From: a virus
Taxonomy: Duplodnaviria; Caudoviricetes
Virus record (IMG/VR): IMGVR_UViG_3300043748_000050
Coordinates: 34,040-98,039 of that record
DNA: 64,000 nt
Strand: one strand, 5' to 3'
In this document: positions 44,690-53,961 of the stretch, one piece after another
How the letters are laid out: each line of letters opens with the position of its first letter
Numbering within the stretch: position 1 is the stretch's first letter
Notes under the pieces: generated by a model
Databases searched by the model: none
Seen by the model: the letters and a program-made list of their open reading frames with translations, nothing else
Told to the model about the DNA's origin: nothing
Program-made: the position numbers and the translations under genes

Positions 44690-46158
44690 CCCTCAAGGGC
44701 ATCGACATATCGTCGTACCAGCCGACGACGTACAGCACATCCGGCCTGGATTTCGTCTTCACCAAGGCCACCGAGGGAACCTCGTACGTCAACTCGCGCA
44801 TGACGGCCCAGGCGGCACGGGCGCGGTCGGCCGGCCTGGTCGTCGGGTTCTACCACTTCCTGCATCCCGGCAGCATTCAGCAGCAGGCGCAGTACTTCGT
44901 GACGCAGGCGGCGAGCCAGGCGGGTGACATCCTCGCCTGCGACTGGGAGCCGACCTCGAGCGGCCTGGCCACCAACGCGGAGAAGGACGCGTTCATCCGC
45001 GCTGTGCAGGCGCTGCGACCGGACCACCGGGTCATCCTCTACTGCGACGTCGCCCGCTGGACCGGCGTCGACACAACGGGGTTCGCGGGCGACGGTCTGT
45101 GGATCGCCGACTACGTCACCCCGGGAAAGCCACGCATCAAAGCGTCGTGGGCGTTCCACCAGTACACGGACGCCGCGCCGCAGGGCGGGGACGGCGATAT
45201 CGCCAACCCGTCGCTGTTCCCCAACGCGGCAGCCCTGCGCGCCTGGGCCGCTAAGTCCCAGCCGACCCCCACGCCCACGCCGACCCCCAAGCCGGTCCCG
45301 ACGCCGGCCACGCCACAGTGGAAGAAGCTCCTCGATCACGTCCTCGCCGTCCCCGAGGGCGTGTACGAGCACTGGAACGCGACGTCCGGCTGGGACAACC
45401 ACACCCCGTGGGGAGTCGAATACGGCGAGGACGGTGTCCCGTACTGCGTGATCGGCGCCTGGGACATGTACCACGACTGCGCCCTGGACAGTGCGGTCCC
45501 GAAGACGGACAACGTCAACGACTTCGCTACCTGGGCGCGGGCGCACGGCGAGTGGTCGCAGTACCCCAGCGTCGGTGCGTGGATGGACCTCGGGGACGGC
45601 GCGCACGCCGAGGTCGTCATCGGCTTCACGGCCACTGACGTCATCAGCAAGGGGTGGAACTCCGTTCAGACCGGGGCCACGGACGCGGGGCAGGGGAACG
45701 GCGTCTGGACGCACACTCTCCCTCGCACCGATCCGCGCATCACCGGCTACCTCGCGCCCCGGTTCCCGGACAGCGTCTGCCCGCCGACCGCCGACCCGCA
45801 CGACCCGCGCGGCGGCACCGCCGTGGCCTCGTACATTCCTCAGGAGGAAGACATGCCCGCATGGAACGACGGCGAGATCACGCCTGGGCCGCAGCCGACG
45901 GTCCGCCTGGTTCCGCACGGCAGCGCCTGGCAGTCGGCCACCAACCGAAAGCTTCACCTCGGCATGGACGAGATCACGACCACTCCGCCGAAAGCGACCG
46001 TGCGCGTGGCCATCCACAACGGCACCGCGTGGCGTGTCTCCACGGTCAACCTGACCGCCGCCGCCGGGACCGTGGACGTGCCGATGACCGCCGACGACCA
46101 GAAGGTCAGCCTCCAGACGACGGCCACCGGCGTGGCCTATGCGATCGAGTCCTGGTGA
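44686..46158 (+). CDS. endolysin: GH25 muramidase + PT linker + CHAP-like domain
   Basis: GIDISSYQ, KATEG, GFYHF, DWE, HQYT; PYC...HAEVV. Confidence 0.85.
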   Translation: MTLKGIDISSYQPTTYSTSGLDFVFTKATEGTSYVNSRMTAQAARARSAGLVVGFYHFLHPGSIQQQAQYFVTQAASQAGDILACDWEPTSSGLATNAEKDAFIRAVQALRPDHRVILYCDVARWTGVDTTGFAGDGLWIADYVTPGKPRIKASWAFHQYTDAAPQGGDGDIANPSLFPNAAALRAWAAKSQPTPTPTPTPKPVPTPATPQWKKLLDHVLAVPEGVYEHWNATSGWDNHTPWGVEYGEDGVPYCVIGAWDMYHDCALDSAVPKTDNVNDFATWARAHGEWSQYPSVGAWMDLGDGAHAEVVIGFTATDVISKGWNSVQTGATDAGQGNGVWTHTLPRTDPRITGYLAPRFPDSVCPPTADPHDPRGGTAVASYIPQEEDMPAWNDGEITPGPQPTVRLVPHGSAWQSATNRKLHLGMDEITTTPPKATVRVAIHNGTAWRVSTVNLTAAAGTVDVPMTADDQKVSLQTTATGVAYAIESW

Positions 46159-46336
46159 CCGGTTGGCTCATCCGCGTCCCAACTGCCCAGCCGGACTGGA
46201 TCCGCTGGGCTCCGAGATCGTAGAGTCGTTCGTGCAGAAGCCTTCCGGGCTACTGGGACCCAACCGCGACGGAGCGCCGCACACGTCAACCCTTTGCCGA
46301 GGGGTGTGCGGCGCTCCGTCGCGTTTTCACCCCTGC

Positions 46337-46358
46337 TGTCCGTGGGCTCCGCTAGCGT
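46337..46358 (+). promoter_or_regulatory. RecA-NDp/PafBC-type promoter, leaderless
   Basis: TGTCCGTG-N8-TAGCGT, 7 nt before GTG. Confidence 0.55.
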
Positions 46359-46365
46359 TCTCCGG

Positions 46366-46617
46366 GTGAACGTCACCAGGAACCCCGATGGCAGCCACGA
46401 CCCGGAGTACAGCGAGTCGTGGCCTCTGCATCTCCAGCTCGAGTGGTCCGCCGGCGTCGTCGCGGCCGACACCGGCCTGCGCGTCCACGTCAGCGATCTC
46501 GGTGAGGACAGGTACTCCGTCCACGTCGGTGGCAACGGCGCGGGCCCGCTGGATCTCGCAGGCGCGCACGCCTTCCTGAACGGTGTGCGCACCGGTGCTA
46601 CGGAGGCCCGGCGGTGA
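46366..46617 (+). CDS. hypothetical protein
   Basis: Leaderless GTG start. Confidence 0.55.
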   Translation: MNVTRNPDGSHDPEYSESWPLHLQLEWSAGVVAADTGLRVHVSDLGEDRYSVHVGGNGAGPLDLAGAHAFLNGVRTGATEARR

Positions 46618-47219
46618 CCATCGACTGGACTGACGGCCGGCTGGTGGACGTGGACGAGCGATACGACCGGGAGCAGGCGAGCAACGGCCACTCCTGGTTC
46701 GGGGAGTACCTGCGGCTGAATGCGAAGCTGTTCCGGGACGCCTGGCAAGACGAACCAGCTCCGGTGAAGGATCCGGCAGAGTTCGCCGTCCACGCCTGGC
46801 ACGTGGCGACGCCCCCGGTGATGGCTCCGGGCTACGTGCGGTGGCGGCCGGACCTGAGCCGCGTCACCCTGCACCGTGACGAATACGACCATTCTCTGTA
46901 CGCCGAGGTCCACGTGCCGCTGCGGCATTCTCACCTGTTCACGGGTCAGAAACGGCTCCCATACTCCTGGCGGGACTGGCAGACGGAATCGGACTACGGC
47001 AACGGCGGTTATGAAAGCCTGCGGGACCCGGGCGAGACCGGTCGGCCGACCGTCCTCGCGTCCGTCGTCGTGCGTGTCCCTGGCCGTGATTGGAGCCTGG
47101 TTACCCCCACGGCGTACGAGGGGCGGACGCTCACGGACGAAGCCCAAGAGGCTGTGAGTGTTGTCGCGAAGCTCATCAACGAAGACGCCGGCCCGATCGT
47201 GGCGCGCGTACTGGAATGA
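46614..47219 (+). CDS. hypothetical protein (201 aa)
   Basis: GTGA coupling. Confidence 0.7.
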   Translation: MTIDWTDGRLVDVDERYDREQASNGHSWFGEYLRLNAKLFRDAWQDEPAPVKDPAEFAVHAWHVATPPVMAPGYVRWRPDLSRVTLHRDEYDHSLYAEVHVPLRHSHLFTGQKRLPYSWRDWQTESDYGNGGYESLRDPGETGRPTVLASVVVRVPGRDWSLVTPTAYEGRTLTDEAQEAVSVVAKLINEDAGPIVARVLE

Positions 47220-47227
47220 CGCCCGGC

Positions 47228-47249
47228 TGTCAGTGGGCACCGATAGCCT
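47228..47249 (+). promoter_or_regulatory. RecA-NDp/PafBC-type promoter, leaderless
   Basis: TGTCAGTG-N8-TAGCCT, 7 nt before ATG. Confidence 0.6.
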
Positions 47250-47256
47250 GCTCCGC

Positions 47257-47805
47257 ATGACGACCGAGGAACCCCGGGGCGCCCGCACCCACGCCATTCC
47301 GCTGCCGCAGGCCCGGCAGGTCAAGCGAGCCATCAACTCCCTCGACACCGGAGTGGAGGCCACCAAGCCGCCCGGCGCACAGCACCCGATGGGGGACCGG
47401 GGCTACGCAGCCCAGTATCTCGGGATGCTGAAGGGTCTCGTCGCGCAGATGGAGGAAGGCCTGCGCGGTGGGCCGCTGGAGACCGACGTGCAGAAAGGCT
47501 GGTTCGGCGTCTACGAGCGGGACATCCCGTCCATGCTAGCCAACACGTCTGCGCAGCTGCGGAGCCTGTCCGAGTTCGCGCAGCAGGGCATCATGCAGGT
47601 GCCGAGGGCCTCGCAGCAGATGTCCGTCGCGGCTGTCGCACTTCGGGCCGCATGCCACGCTTTCGCCGCCGCGTCCGAGATCGCGGTAGGCGTCGGGTCG
47701 CCCGGCTTCGATGAGAACGAGGTGGTCAAGCAGTCGGAGGCGATGTACGAAGCGGCTGACATGCTCACCGACTATGTGGCGAAGAAGCGGGCCGAGTTCG
47801 ATTGA
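47257..47805 (+). CDS. hypothetical helical protein
   Basis: Leaderless ATG. Confidence 0.65.
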   Translation: MTTEEPRGARTHAIPLPQARQVKRAINSLDTGVEATKPPGAQHPMGDRGYAAQYLGMLKGLVAQMEEGLRGGPLETDVQKGWFGVYERDIPSMLANTSAQLRSLSEFAQQGIMQVPRASQQMSVAAVALRAACHAFAAASEIAVGVGSPGFDENEVVKQSEAMYEAADMLTDYVAKKRAEFD

Positions 47806-47830
47806 CGAGGTTGTGAGTCCGATGGAACCG

Positions 47831-47846
47831 TGATTTAATCAAATCA
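47831..47846. promoter_or_regulatory. 16-bp conserved inverted repeat
   Basis: TGATTTAATCAAATCA. Confidence 0.75.
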
Positions 47847-47874
47847 GGAACACAGACCAAGGAACGAGGTAGCC

Positions 47875-48156
47875 ATGGAGACTCGCGCGTACATCACTCA
47901 CGAACCGGACGGCCAGCTTCGTGTCACCGTGCACGAGGGCTGCACCCTCTATAGCGAGGGCGACGTCGACCCGAACCAGTCCTGGGTGTACCCGCGCGTG
48001 AATGACGGGGTGGACCACGTCATGAGTGCGCAACCCGACCAGCCGTTCGCGGACGCCGACAGCATCCTGGCCGAGCACGGATGGACCCGTGAGAGCCCCC
48101 GCTGGCTCGTCGGCGACGTCATCATCGGTACGTACGCGCGGATCACCCGCTCTTGA
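47875..48156 (+). CDS. hypothetical protein (93 aa)
   Basis: Cassette leader. Confidence 0.7.
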   Translation: METRAYITHEPDGQLRVTVHEGCTLYSEGDVDPNQSWVYPRVNDGVDHVMSAQPDQPFADADSILAEHGWTRESPRWLVGDVIIGTYARITRS

Positions 48157-48174
48157 CCAAGGAAGGAATCAACC

Positions 48175-48348
48175 ATGCGACTACCGGCGGGCTGGGGAGC
48201 TGAAAAGGCTTCAGGCTGGTGGGAACTCCACCACCTGACCCACGAGCCGTGCGGCTTCCGCACTGGCATGGCGTACGACCTGATCACCAACGAGTCCGAC
48301 GTCCGCCGGATCGTCTACGGCCATCGATGCGACGGTGACGGGGACTGA
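48175..48348 (+). CDS. hypothetical protein (57 aa)
   Basis: GACCAAGGAAGGA leader; HEPCG...HRC. Confidence 0.6.
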   Translation: MRLPAGWGAEKASGWWELHHLTHEPCGFRTGMAYDLITNESDVRRIVYGHRCDGDGD

Positions 48349-48362
48349 CCCACATCCGCACA

Positions 48363-48395
48363 GAAGCCCCGGCCCCGCGAGGGAACCGGGGCTTC
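48363..48395. terminator. bidirectional terminator
   Basis: GAAGCCCCGG/CCGGGGCTTC between convergent genes. Confidence 0.7.
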
Positions 48396-48401
48396 GCCGT
48401 G

Positions 48402-49502
48402 TCACAGGAACCGGTCCACCAGGCCTTCGTACACCTTCACGGATGCCTCGGCGTGCCTGCGCTTCAGCTCCTCATCGTCACGGCGCCGGATGTACCGCAT
48501 CGTCGTGGCGATGTGGCTGTGGTCGGCGTACCGGCGGATGTCGTCGGGTGTCGGCTTCCCGTCCTTGGACCGCTGACCTTCGTCGTACATGTGAGTCAGC
48601 TTGCTCGCCCGGAGGACGTGCGGGGTCAGGTCACGGCCGGGCAGCACACCGGCTTCGCGACCGAGCCTGTTCAGCAACCGGTCGACGGCATGGCGGTCCA
48701 TGGCGGTGCCGTCGTCGTCCATCAGCAGCGGCCCTGCCGTCTCCCCCTCCCAGCAGACGGCGCCGAGTTCGCACAGCTTCGCCGGCAGCGTGAACTTCCG
48801 GCCCTTGCCGCCCTTGCGGGTCAAGTCCAGCTTGCATTCCCCGCCAACGCTTTGCATATCGTGCAAGCCCGCTTGACAGCACTCCGAGACACGGCCGGCC
48901 AGCGTGTAGATGAGCACCGGCACCAGGGCCTGCCGCGCCGTGGCGGCCTTGGCAACGACGGCCTGGAACTCCTCCACTTCGAGGATCGGCGTCATCGCGG
49001 TCTCGTCGTTCTGGTCGATGACGGGCCGGTCGTACTTGGTGATCGGGTTGATGATGTCCAGCCGGGTGCGGAACCGGGTGTACTCGATCAGTGAGGTCAG
49101 CGACGCGCACAGGCGGTTGACCCGGCGGGACTTCAGCCCGATGTCGTCCGTCCAGGCCCGCCACGCCGGGATCACGTCGGACGTGATGGCACCGAGGTAC
49201 CACGGCTCGGTACCGACCAGCTCCCGGCCGGCGCGCGCCCAGTGCCGGATGTCGTCGGCGTACTCGCGCCGGGTGCCGTCGGACGTGAACCGCTCGGAGG
49301 ACAACCACCCCACGACGTGCTCGAACGTTTGTGCTTCACACAATTCGTGCAACAGGTCGAGTCGGTGCACGCGTGGACCGAGTCGGCGTGTCCTCGGGTC
49401 GCGGGGTGCGACCGTTCCGAGCCGCTCGCGCAGCCGTGTTACGGCGCGCAGCGCGGGGTCGTCGGTGGCGAGTGTTCCGGGTTCCGTGGTCGTGAGCGTC
49501 AC
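48402..49502 (-). CDS. tyrosine recombinase (integrase/Xer-like resolvase)
   Basis: AGRVSE, RKGGK, PHVLR, DHSHIATTMRY; probable leaderless GTG after TAGGCT (ORF extends to 49583). Confidence 0.85.
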   Translation of the reverse strand: MTLTTTEPGTLATDDPALRAVTRLRERLGTVAPRDPRTRRLGPRVHRLDLLHELCEAQTFEHVVGWLSSERFTSDGTRREYADDIRHWARAGRELVGTEPWYLGAITSDVIPAWRAWTDDIGLKSRRVNRLCASLTSLIEYTRFRTRLDIINPITKYDRPVIDQNDETAMTPILEVEEFQAVVAKAATARQALVPVLIYTLAGRVSECCQAGLHDMQSVGGECKLDLTRKGGKGRKFTLPAKLCELGAVCWEGETAGPLLMDDDGTAMDRHAVDRLLNRLGREAGVLPGRDLTPHVLRASKLTHMYDEGQRSKDGKPTPDDIRRYADHSHIATTMRYIRRRDDEELKRRHAEASVKVYEGLVDRFL

Positions 49503-49582
49503 GGCTGATGAGCCTACCGGCCGACGATTTGGTCGTCCGGAGATACGCCGGACAATCGGGGCTTGCGTCATCAACTCCGTCA

Positions 49583-49630
49583 TGGTTTAATTAATTCATC
49601 GGGACGCAAGCCCCGACAGACCAAGGAAAG
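49583..49630 (+). repeat. cassette leader (palindrome + hairpin + GACCAAGGAA), near-identical to 50515-50562
   Basis: TGRTTTAATTAATTCATCGGGRCGSAAGCCCCGACAGACCAAGGAAAG. Confidence 0.8.
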
Positions 49631-49639
49631 CAGGACGCC

Positions 49640-50206
49640 ATGACCGCCTTCACCGCCACCGAGAAAGCTGAAGCCGCCGCCCTCCAGGTCGTCACCTGGG
49701 CTCGCAACGAGAGCCAGCCGATCACGCGTGACATGGTCGACGCAATCCTCTCCCGCGATAAAGACATGTGGTGGGGCGACGCCCACGTCCGCACCGTCCG
49801 CACGCGGGTCCGAAAGATCGCCATTCTGTCCACGGACGTCGTCGCCCTCACCGACCGCGAAGAGGTCCAGATGCACCGGGCCCGGTTCGCCGCGATGACC
49901 CGAGATGAACTCTTCGCCCTCCGAGACCAGATCGCAGATGACGAGCATGACCCGCGTGGCTGGGACAAGAACCTCATCAAGGCTCTGTCGGAAGCAACCG
50001 AGCGGTTCGGCCCGGACACCCGCACCGACGAGGAGCAGGCGATGGACGCGACGGATGTCACGCTTATGGGCGTCGCGGACATGAAAGCTGAGTTCATTCG
50101 CACGATGAGCACACTCGCAGACAACACTGCCCCAAGCAGCAGCGCCGTCCACTTCGTTGCCCGACTGTGGCGCGAGATGACGTGGCGGGGAGTCGAGTTC
50201 CGGTGA
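49640..50206 (+). CDS. hypothetical protein (188 aa)
   Basis: Cassette leader. Confidence 0.7.
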   Translation: MTAFTATEKAEAAALQVVTWARNESQPITRDMVDAILSRDKDMWWGDAHVRTVRTRVRKIAILSTDVVALTDREEVQMHRARFAAMTRDELFALRDQIADDEHDPRGWDKNLIKALSEATERFGPDTRTDEEQAMDATDVTLMGVADMKAEFIRTMSTLADNTAPSSSAVHFVARLWREMTWRGVEFR

Positions 50207-50409
50207 CCCGCCCCAAGTGCGACGGCGGTCCGCGCGGGGACTGCGCAACCTGGCCCACCTGGAAGATCCGCGAGAAGAGCGACACCAGTGACCGGAACTG
50301 GTTTTACGCCTGCGGCCGGCATCTGCACTTCGCGGCCGACGAGATGACTGGCGGGGAGCAGGGCGGTCCCGGTATCGACCTCGTCCGCATCAGGACAGAT
50401 GAGCACTGA
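50203..50409 (+). CDS. small Cys-rich protein
   Basis: GTGA coupling; ACGRHL. Confidence 0.55.
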   Translation: MTRPKCDGGPRGDCATWPTWKIREKSDTSDRNWFYACGRHLHFAADEMTGGEQGGPGIDLVRIRTDEH

Positions 50410-50514
50410 CGACAGCGGGCCCTGATCAAAACACACGTTTTGAGCGTCTCCAGGAGCGATTCTGCGCGGAACGGATTCTGTGCCACCCTGCGCCTTGCGC
50501 GGTGCGCATCTTCA

Positions 50515-50562
50515 TGATTTAATTAATTCATCGGGGCGGAAGCCCCGACAGACCAAGGAAAG
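50515..50562 (+). repeat. cassette leader, second copy
   Basis: Near-identical to 49583-49630. Confidence 0.8.
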
Positions 50563-50571
50563 AAGGACTCG

Positions 50572-50844
50572 ATGACCGAGACGTTCCGCGTACTGATCGA
50601 GATCCGCCACCCGAAGACCGGCGGCCGGATCGGAGCCGGAACCCGCGTGGTCCAGGCGGTCGACAAGGCCGAGGCTGCGCGCGTGGCGGTCGCCGAGACC
50701 GTGAAGTTCCGCAAGGAGAAGAACGCCAAGCAGCGCGCGGAGATGGCGCGCACCGGCGAGACCTGGTCGCTCGACTCCGAGGACCCGAAGGACTACGTCG
50801 TCCAGAGCGTCCGCCGCGCCCCGAAGAAGCGGGCGGCCGTCTGA
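50572..50844 (+). CDS. hypothetical protein (90 aa)
   Basis: Cassette leader. Confidence 0.7.
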   Translation: MTETFRVLIEIRHPKTGGRIGAGTRVVQAVDKAEAARVAVAETVKFRKEKNAKQRAEMARTGETWSLDSEDPKDYVVQSVRRAPKKRAAV

Positions 50845-51368
50845 TGGGCACCAATCCCGAGCGCCGTCGGGCCGACCAGCTCCAGGAGCGCGCTGACCGG
50901 CTCACGGCCGATGCCGAGCAGCGGATGAGGCGAGCGGACAGCATGTACGACCGGTTCGCCGGCGGCCAGCCGCTGCTCGTCGGCCACCACTCCTACCGCT
51001 CCGCCCGGCGCACCAAGGACCGGGCGGACGCGGCCTCCGACCGCGCGCTGTCTGTGTACAAGGAAGCCCAGCAGGCGCAGCTCAATGCGAAGTTTGCCAG
51101 GGCCAAGGCGGACGCGAAGGACGCGATCACTGACATCACGTCCACGCAGTCCCGGCCGTGGCAGCGCTCGGACTTCAAGGTCGGCGACATCGTCACCGTG
51201 CGCACCTTCGAGACCAGCCAGGACACCTACCGGGTCAAGCGGGTCAACGCCAAGACGCTGACGCTGGACGGCGGGGGCGGTGGCTGGGACGACCCGAGGC
51301 GCGAGTATGACCGCGTCCTGTCCCGCACCCGCGACGGCGTCACCATCACCGATCCCGCCGCCGGCTGA
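50844..51368 (+). CDS. DUF3560-like protein
   Basis: GQPLLVGHHS..SARR; FKVGD.V...RVKRVN.KT. Confidence 0.75.
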   Translation: MGTNPERRRADQLQERADRLTADAEQRMRRADSMYDRFAGGQPLLVGHHSYRSARRTKDRADAASDRALSVYKEAQQAQLNAKFARAKADAKDAITDITSTQSRPWQRSDFKVGDIVTVRTFETSQDTYRVKRVNAKTLTLDGGGGGWDDPRREYDRVLSRTRDGVTITDPAAG

Positions 51369-51396
51369 GGGCGACGCCTGTCCCTCAACACCCCTG

Positions 51397-51426
51397 GCCC
51401 CGGAACCAAGACGGTTCCGGGGCTTC
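51397..51426 (+). terminator. terminator hairpin
   Basis: GCCCCGGAACC/GGTTCCGGGGC. Confidence 0.65.
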
Positions 51427-51483
51427 GCCGTGCGCTCCGGCGGGTCTACGGTTCACTCGAACCACACGGACCCAGGGGGAGAG

Positions 51484-52029
51484 ATGCGCGCACGGACGAT
51501 GACGGCCGGAGCGGCCCTGTTGATCGCGGCGCTCGCCGGCTGTAGCACCGGAAGCACCGGCCATACGAGTCCCAAGGCAACCCCGGCCCGCTCATCGGCC
51601 GCCGCTCCGTCGACGCACCTCACCTTCGGCGGCACGTACACCTGGCCGGACGGGGTGAAGGTCTCGGTGACCGGGGCACGGGTGTTCACCGACTTCAACA
51701 CGGCGGACGGGGAGTCGCCCGCGCCGGGCGCGACGGATTTCCGCGTGACGCTGCGGGTCACCAACGGCGGCAAGGCGCCCGTGGATCTCGGCGGGCTGTC
51801 AGTCATCGTGCAGGGCGCGACCAACGGCGGTGCAGCCGCCTCCGGCACGTTCGAGCGCGGATCGGCGCCGCTGGAAGGCCAGTTGGCGCCCGGCGTGACG
51901 GCCGCTAAGAACGACGACGAATCGCTGGCGAAGCAATACGGCCGGCGCGTCGTGGTTCGCATGCAGCGTGTCTCCTACGACCCGTCCGGCGCGATGTGGC
52001 CCGAGTTCACCGGGACGGTCACCGGCTGA
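51484..52029 (+). CDS. lipoprotein with beta-sandwich domain
   Basis: Lipobox LAGC, S/T/P linker, VTLRVTNGG. Confidence 0.7.
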   Translation: MRARTMTAGAALLIAALAGCSTGSTGHTSPKATPARSSAAAPSTHLTFGGTYTWPDGVKVSVTGARVFTDFNTADGESPAPGATDFRVTLRVTNGGKAPVDLGGLSVIVQGATNGGAAASGTFERGSAPLEGQLAPGVTAAKNDDESLAKQYGRRVVVRMQRVSYDPSGAMWPEFTGTVTG

Positions 52030-52678
52030 CCGCCGACACGATCAGCGTGCCCAAGTCATCTGCGGCCGGGCTCGGCAGCACCTCGGCGCGGACGTCCGTG
52101 AAGCCGTGCCGCTTGAGGATGTCGGCCCACTGCTCGGCGGTGTATTGCCACCGGTACACGGTCAGCTCGGACTCACGGCCGTCCAACCATTTCCCACCCA
52201 TCTGCTGCGCCCCGTACTGGTCGTCGGCCGGCTCGCGGTGGGAGAACGCGAACACCCCGCCGGACATCAGTCGTTTGGCGATGCGGGGGAAGAGGTCTTC
52301 GGGGTCGGTGAACCAGACCGCTCCCCATGTCGAGTAGACGGCCTCCCACTGTCGTGCGTCGTCCTCGAGGAACGCGCACGCCTCGGCGAGCACGAACTCA
52401 AGGCCGTCGACGTCTGCCCAGAACCGGCGGGCGCGATCCACCTGTACCTGCGAGAAGTCGACGGCTGTCACGTCCACGCCGCTGCGGGCCAGGAAGGCCG
52501 CGTTCTCGCCCTCCGCCGGGCCGAGATCTAGCACGCTCTGAGGCTCCCCGAGGATCTCCGCTCCGGGCCCGTGCCCGGGGAGGCCCGTCCAGCTGAAGCG
52601 GTCCGCCGCCGGCCGGTCTCGGTGGGGCCTGTACTTGTCCCAGTACTCGGATGCGGTCACAGGGGCTGTGGCGGTCAT
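52019..52678 (-). CDS. class I SAM-dependent methyltransferase
   Basis: VLDLGPAEG, VTAVDFS, LMSGGVFAFS. Confidence 0.8.
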   Translation of the reverse strand: MTATAPVTASEYWDKYRPHRDRPAADRFSWTGLPGHGPGAEILGEPQSVLDLGPAEGENAAFLARSGVDVTAVDFSQVQVDRARRFWADVDGLEFVLAEACAFLEDDARQWEAVYSTWGAVWFTDPEDLFPRIAKRLMSGGVFAFSHREPADDQYGAQQMGGKWLDGRESELTVYRWQYTAEQWADILKRHGFTDVRAEVLPSPAADDLGTLIVSAVSR

Positions 52679-52779
52679 GGGTCCTCCAGTGACGGTGGTG
52701 GGCGTCAGAGGCGCCAACCTACCCATCCGCCACGAGAGGCACTCGGGGTAGATAGAAAATGCCCTAAATGAGCGCAAAA

Positions 52780-52814
52780 GAGCCCGAGACCGTCGTAACG
52801 GTGGTCTCGGGCTC
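52780..52814. terminator. terminator hairpin
   Basis: GAGCCCGAGACC/GGTCTCGGGCTC. Confidence 0.6.
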
Positions 52815-52830
52815 GAGATGACCTATCGGC

Positions 52831-53295
52831 TCAGTGGCAGCTCTGGCCGGGGGCACACGGAGTGCACTTGGAGAAGTCCGCCTCCCACAGCGGCCAGTCC
52901 ACCGGGAACCCGTTGGCGGCGATGACGTGCGCGGTCCTCTCCACGCTGCCGTCGTACTTGAACTCGATCTCCGGGATGTGCTCGAGGAACTTCCCGCCGA
53001 AGTGTTCGGCGCAGAACTCCCGGTAGTTGCGGGTGTCCAGGATGAACACGTGGACGGCGATGTCCACGATCTTTCCGCAGCCGATCTCCAGGCCCCGGCC
53101 GTACTTTTCCATGGCGGTGATCAGGTAGGCGACGGCCTGGCCGAACATCCGCTCGGCCATCACCTTGTCGAACGGATAGTCCCTCATGAGCAGGGTGATC
53201 TCACGGTCCCACACCTCCGGGCTGACGTAGTCGCGCGGGTTGCGGGTCGCCTCGTACTCCTCCGGAGCACGGACGGTGATTGCGGGTATTGCCAT
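52831..53295 (-). CDS. glycine-rich-domain (GRDP)-like conserved actinobacterial protein
   Basis: VDIAVHVFILDTRNYREFC...FLEHIP. Confidence 0.65.
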   Translation of the reverse strand: MAIPAITVRAPEEYEATRNPRDYVSPEVWDREITLLMRDYPFDKVMAERMFGQAVAYLITAMEKYGRGLEIGCGKIVDIAVHVFILDTRNYREFCAEHFGGKFLEHIPEIEFKYDGSVERTAHVIAANGFPVDWPLWEADFSKCTPCAPGQSCH

Positions 53296-53436
53296 GGCGC
53301 CCTCCGATTTTGTCGGGTCGTGGGTCGATCTCGGTCGGCGGGAGCCGAACCGGGTCCCGCACCGGACGGCAGGGTGCCGGGTCCGGTGCGGGAGTCACAA
53401 GGTGCCGCAGGGGGCGGCAAGGAGCACTCGCAGACG

Positions 53437-53820
53437 TCACGCGGGCCAATGCCGGCTGACGGCCGGGCCGAACGCGGCGACGTAGGTCTGGTAGACATAG
53501 CCCCCAGGCTCGAACCGGGCGCCCTCGGTGCCATGCACGACGACGTGACCGGTACGCGCGAGGACCCGGAGCAACTCGGGGAACTGACCTTCCAGCAGGC
53601 GCGCCGTGAGTTCCACCACGGCCGGCGCTGCAAGGTCCGCCGACAGCCGTTCATCGCCGGTCGTCTCGTGCACGGCGGCCCGAACGGCAAGCACCCGTAC
53701 CGCGTCCTCGGCGCAGCCGGCGACGTCGGGCATCTCGGGGTCGGCTGTCCAGGCCGCGAGGATGCCCCGGGCGCGCTCAGCGGTCTCGACGGTGGCGGGC
53801 AGAGCGATGGTGGCGGCCAT
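53437..53820 (-). CDS. hypothetical protein (127 aa)
   Basis: GGAGG RBS; divergent from GntR. Confidence 0.6.
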   Translation of the reverse strand: MAATIALPATVETAERARGILAAWTADPEMPDVAGCAEDAVRVLAVRAAVHETTGDERLSADLAAPAVVELTARLLEGQFPELLRVLARTGHVVVHGTEGARFEPGGYVYQTYVAAFGPAVSRHWPA

Positions 53821-53869
53821 GCGGTCCTCCGTGTGTGATTAAGCGAATCAACGGGCATGCCTCTGTGAT

Positions 53870-53903
53870 ACTTCCTACAGGAAGGCTGCCTCCTGTAGGA
53901 AGT
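53870..53903. promoter_or_regulatory. 13-bp perfect inverted repeat, candidate GntR operator
   Basis: ACTTCCTACAGGA-N8-TCCTGTAGGAAGT. Confidence 0.6.
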
Positions 53904-53961
53904 TAGGACACCCGTCGGGTACCGTCAACCACATCCGATAGGAAGACCCGAGGAGACACTG

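Noticed and set aside
48402-49583. attP or prophage boundary near the recombinase
   Set aside because: Phage genes and motifs continue on both sides; no host genes or att duplication visible
50406-50432. CTGACGA-CAG...CTG, a possible hammerhead
   Set aside because: Lacks GAAA and flanking stems
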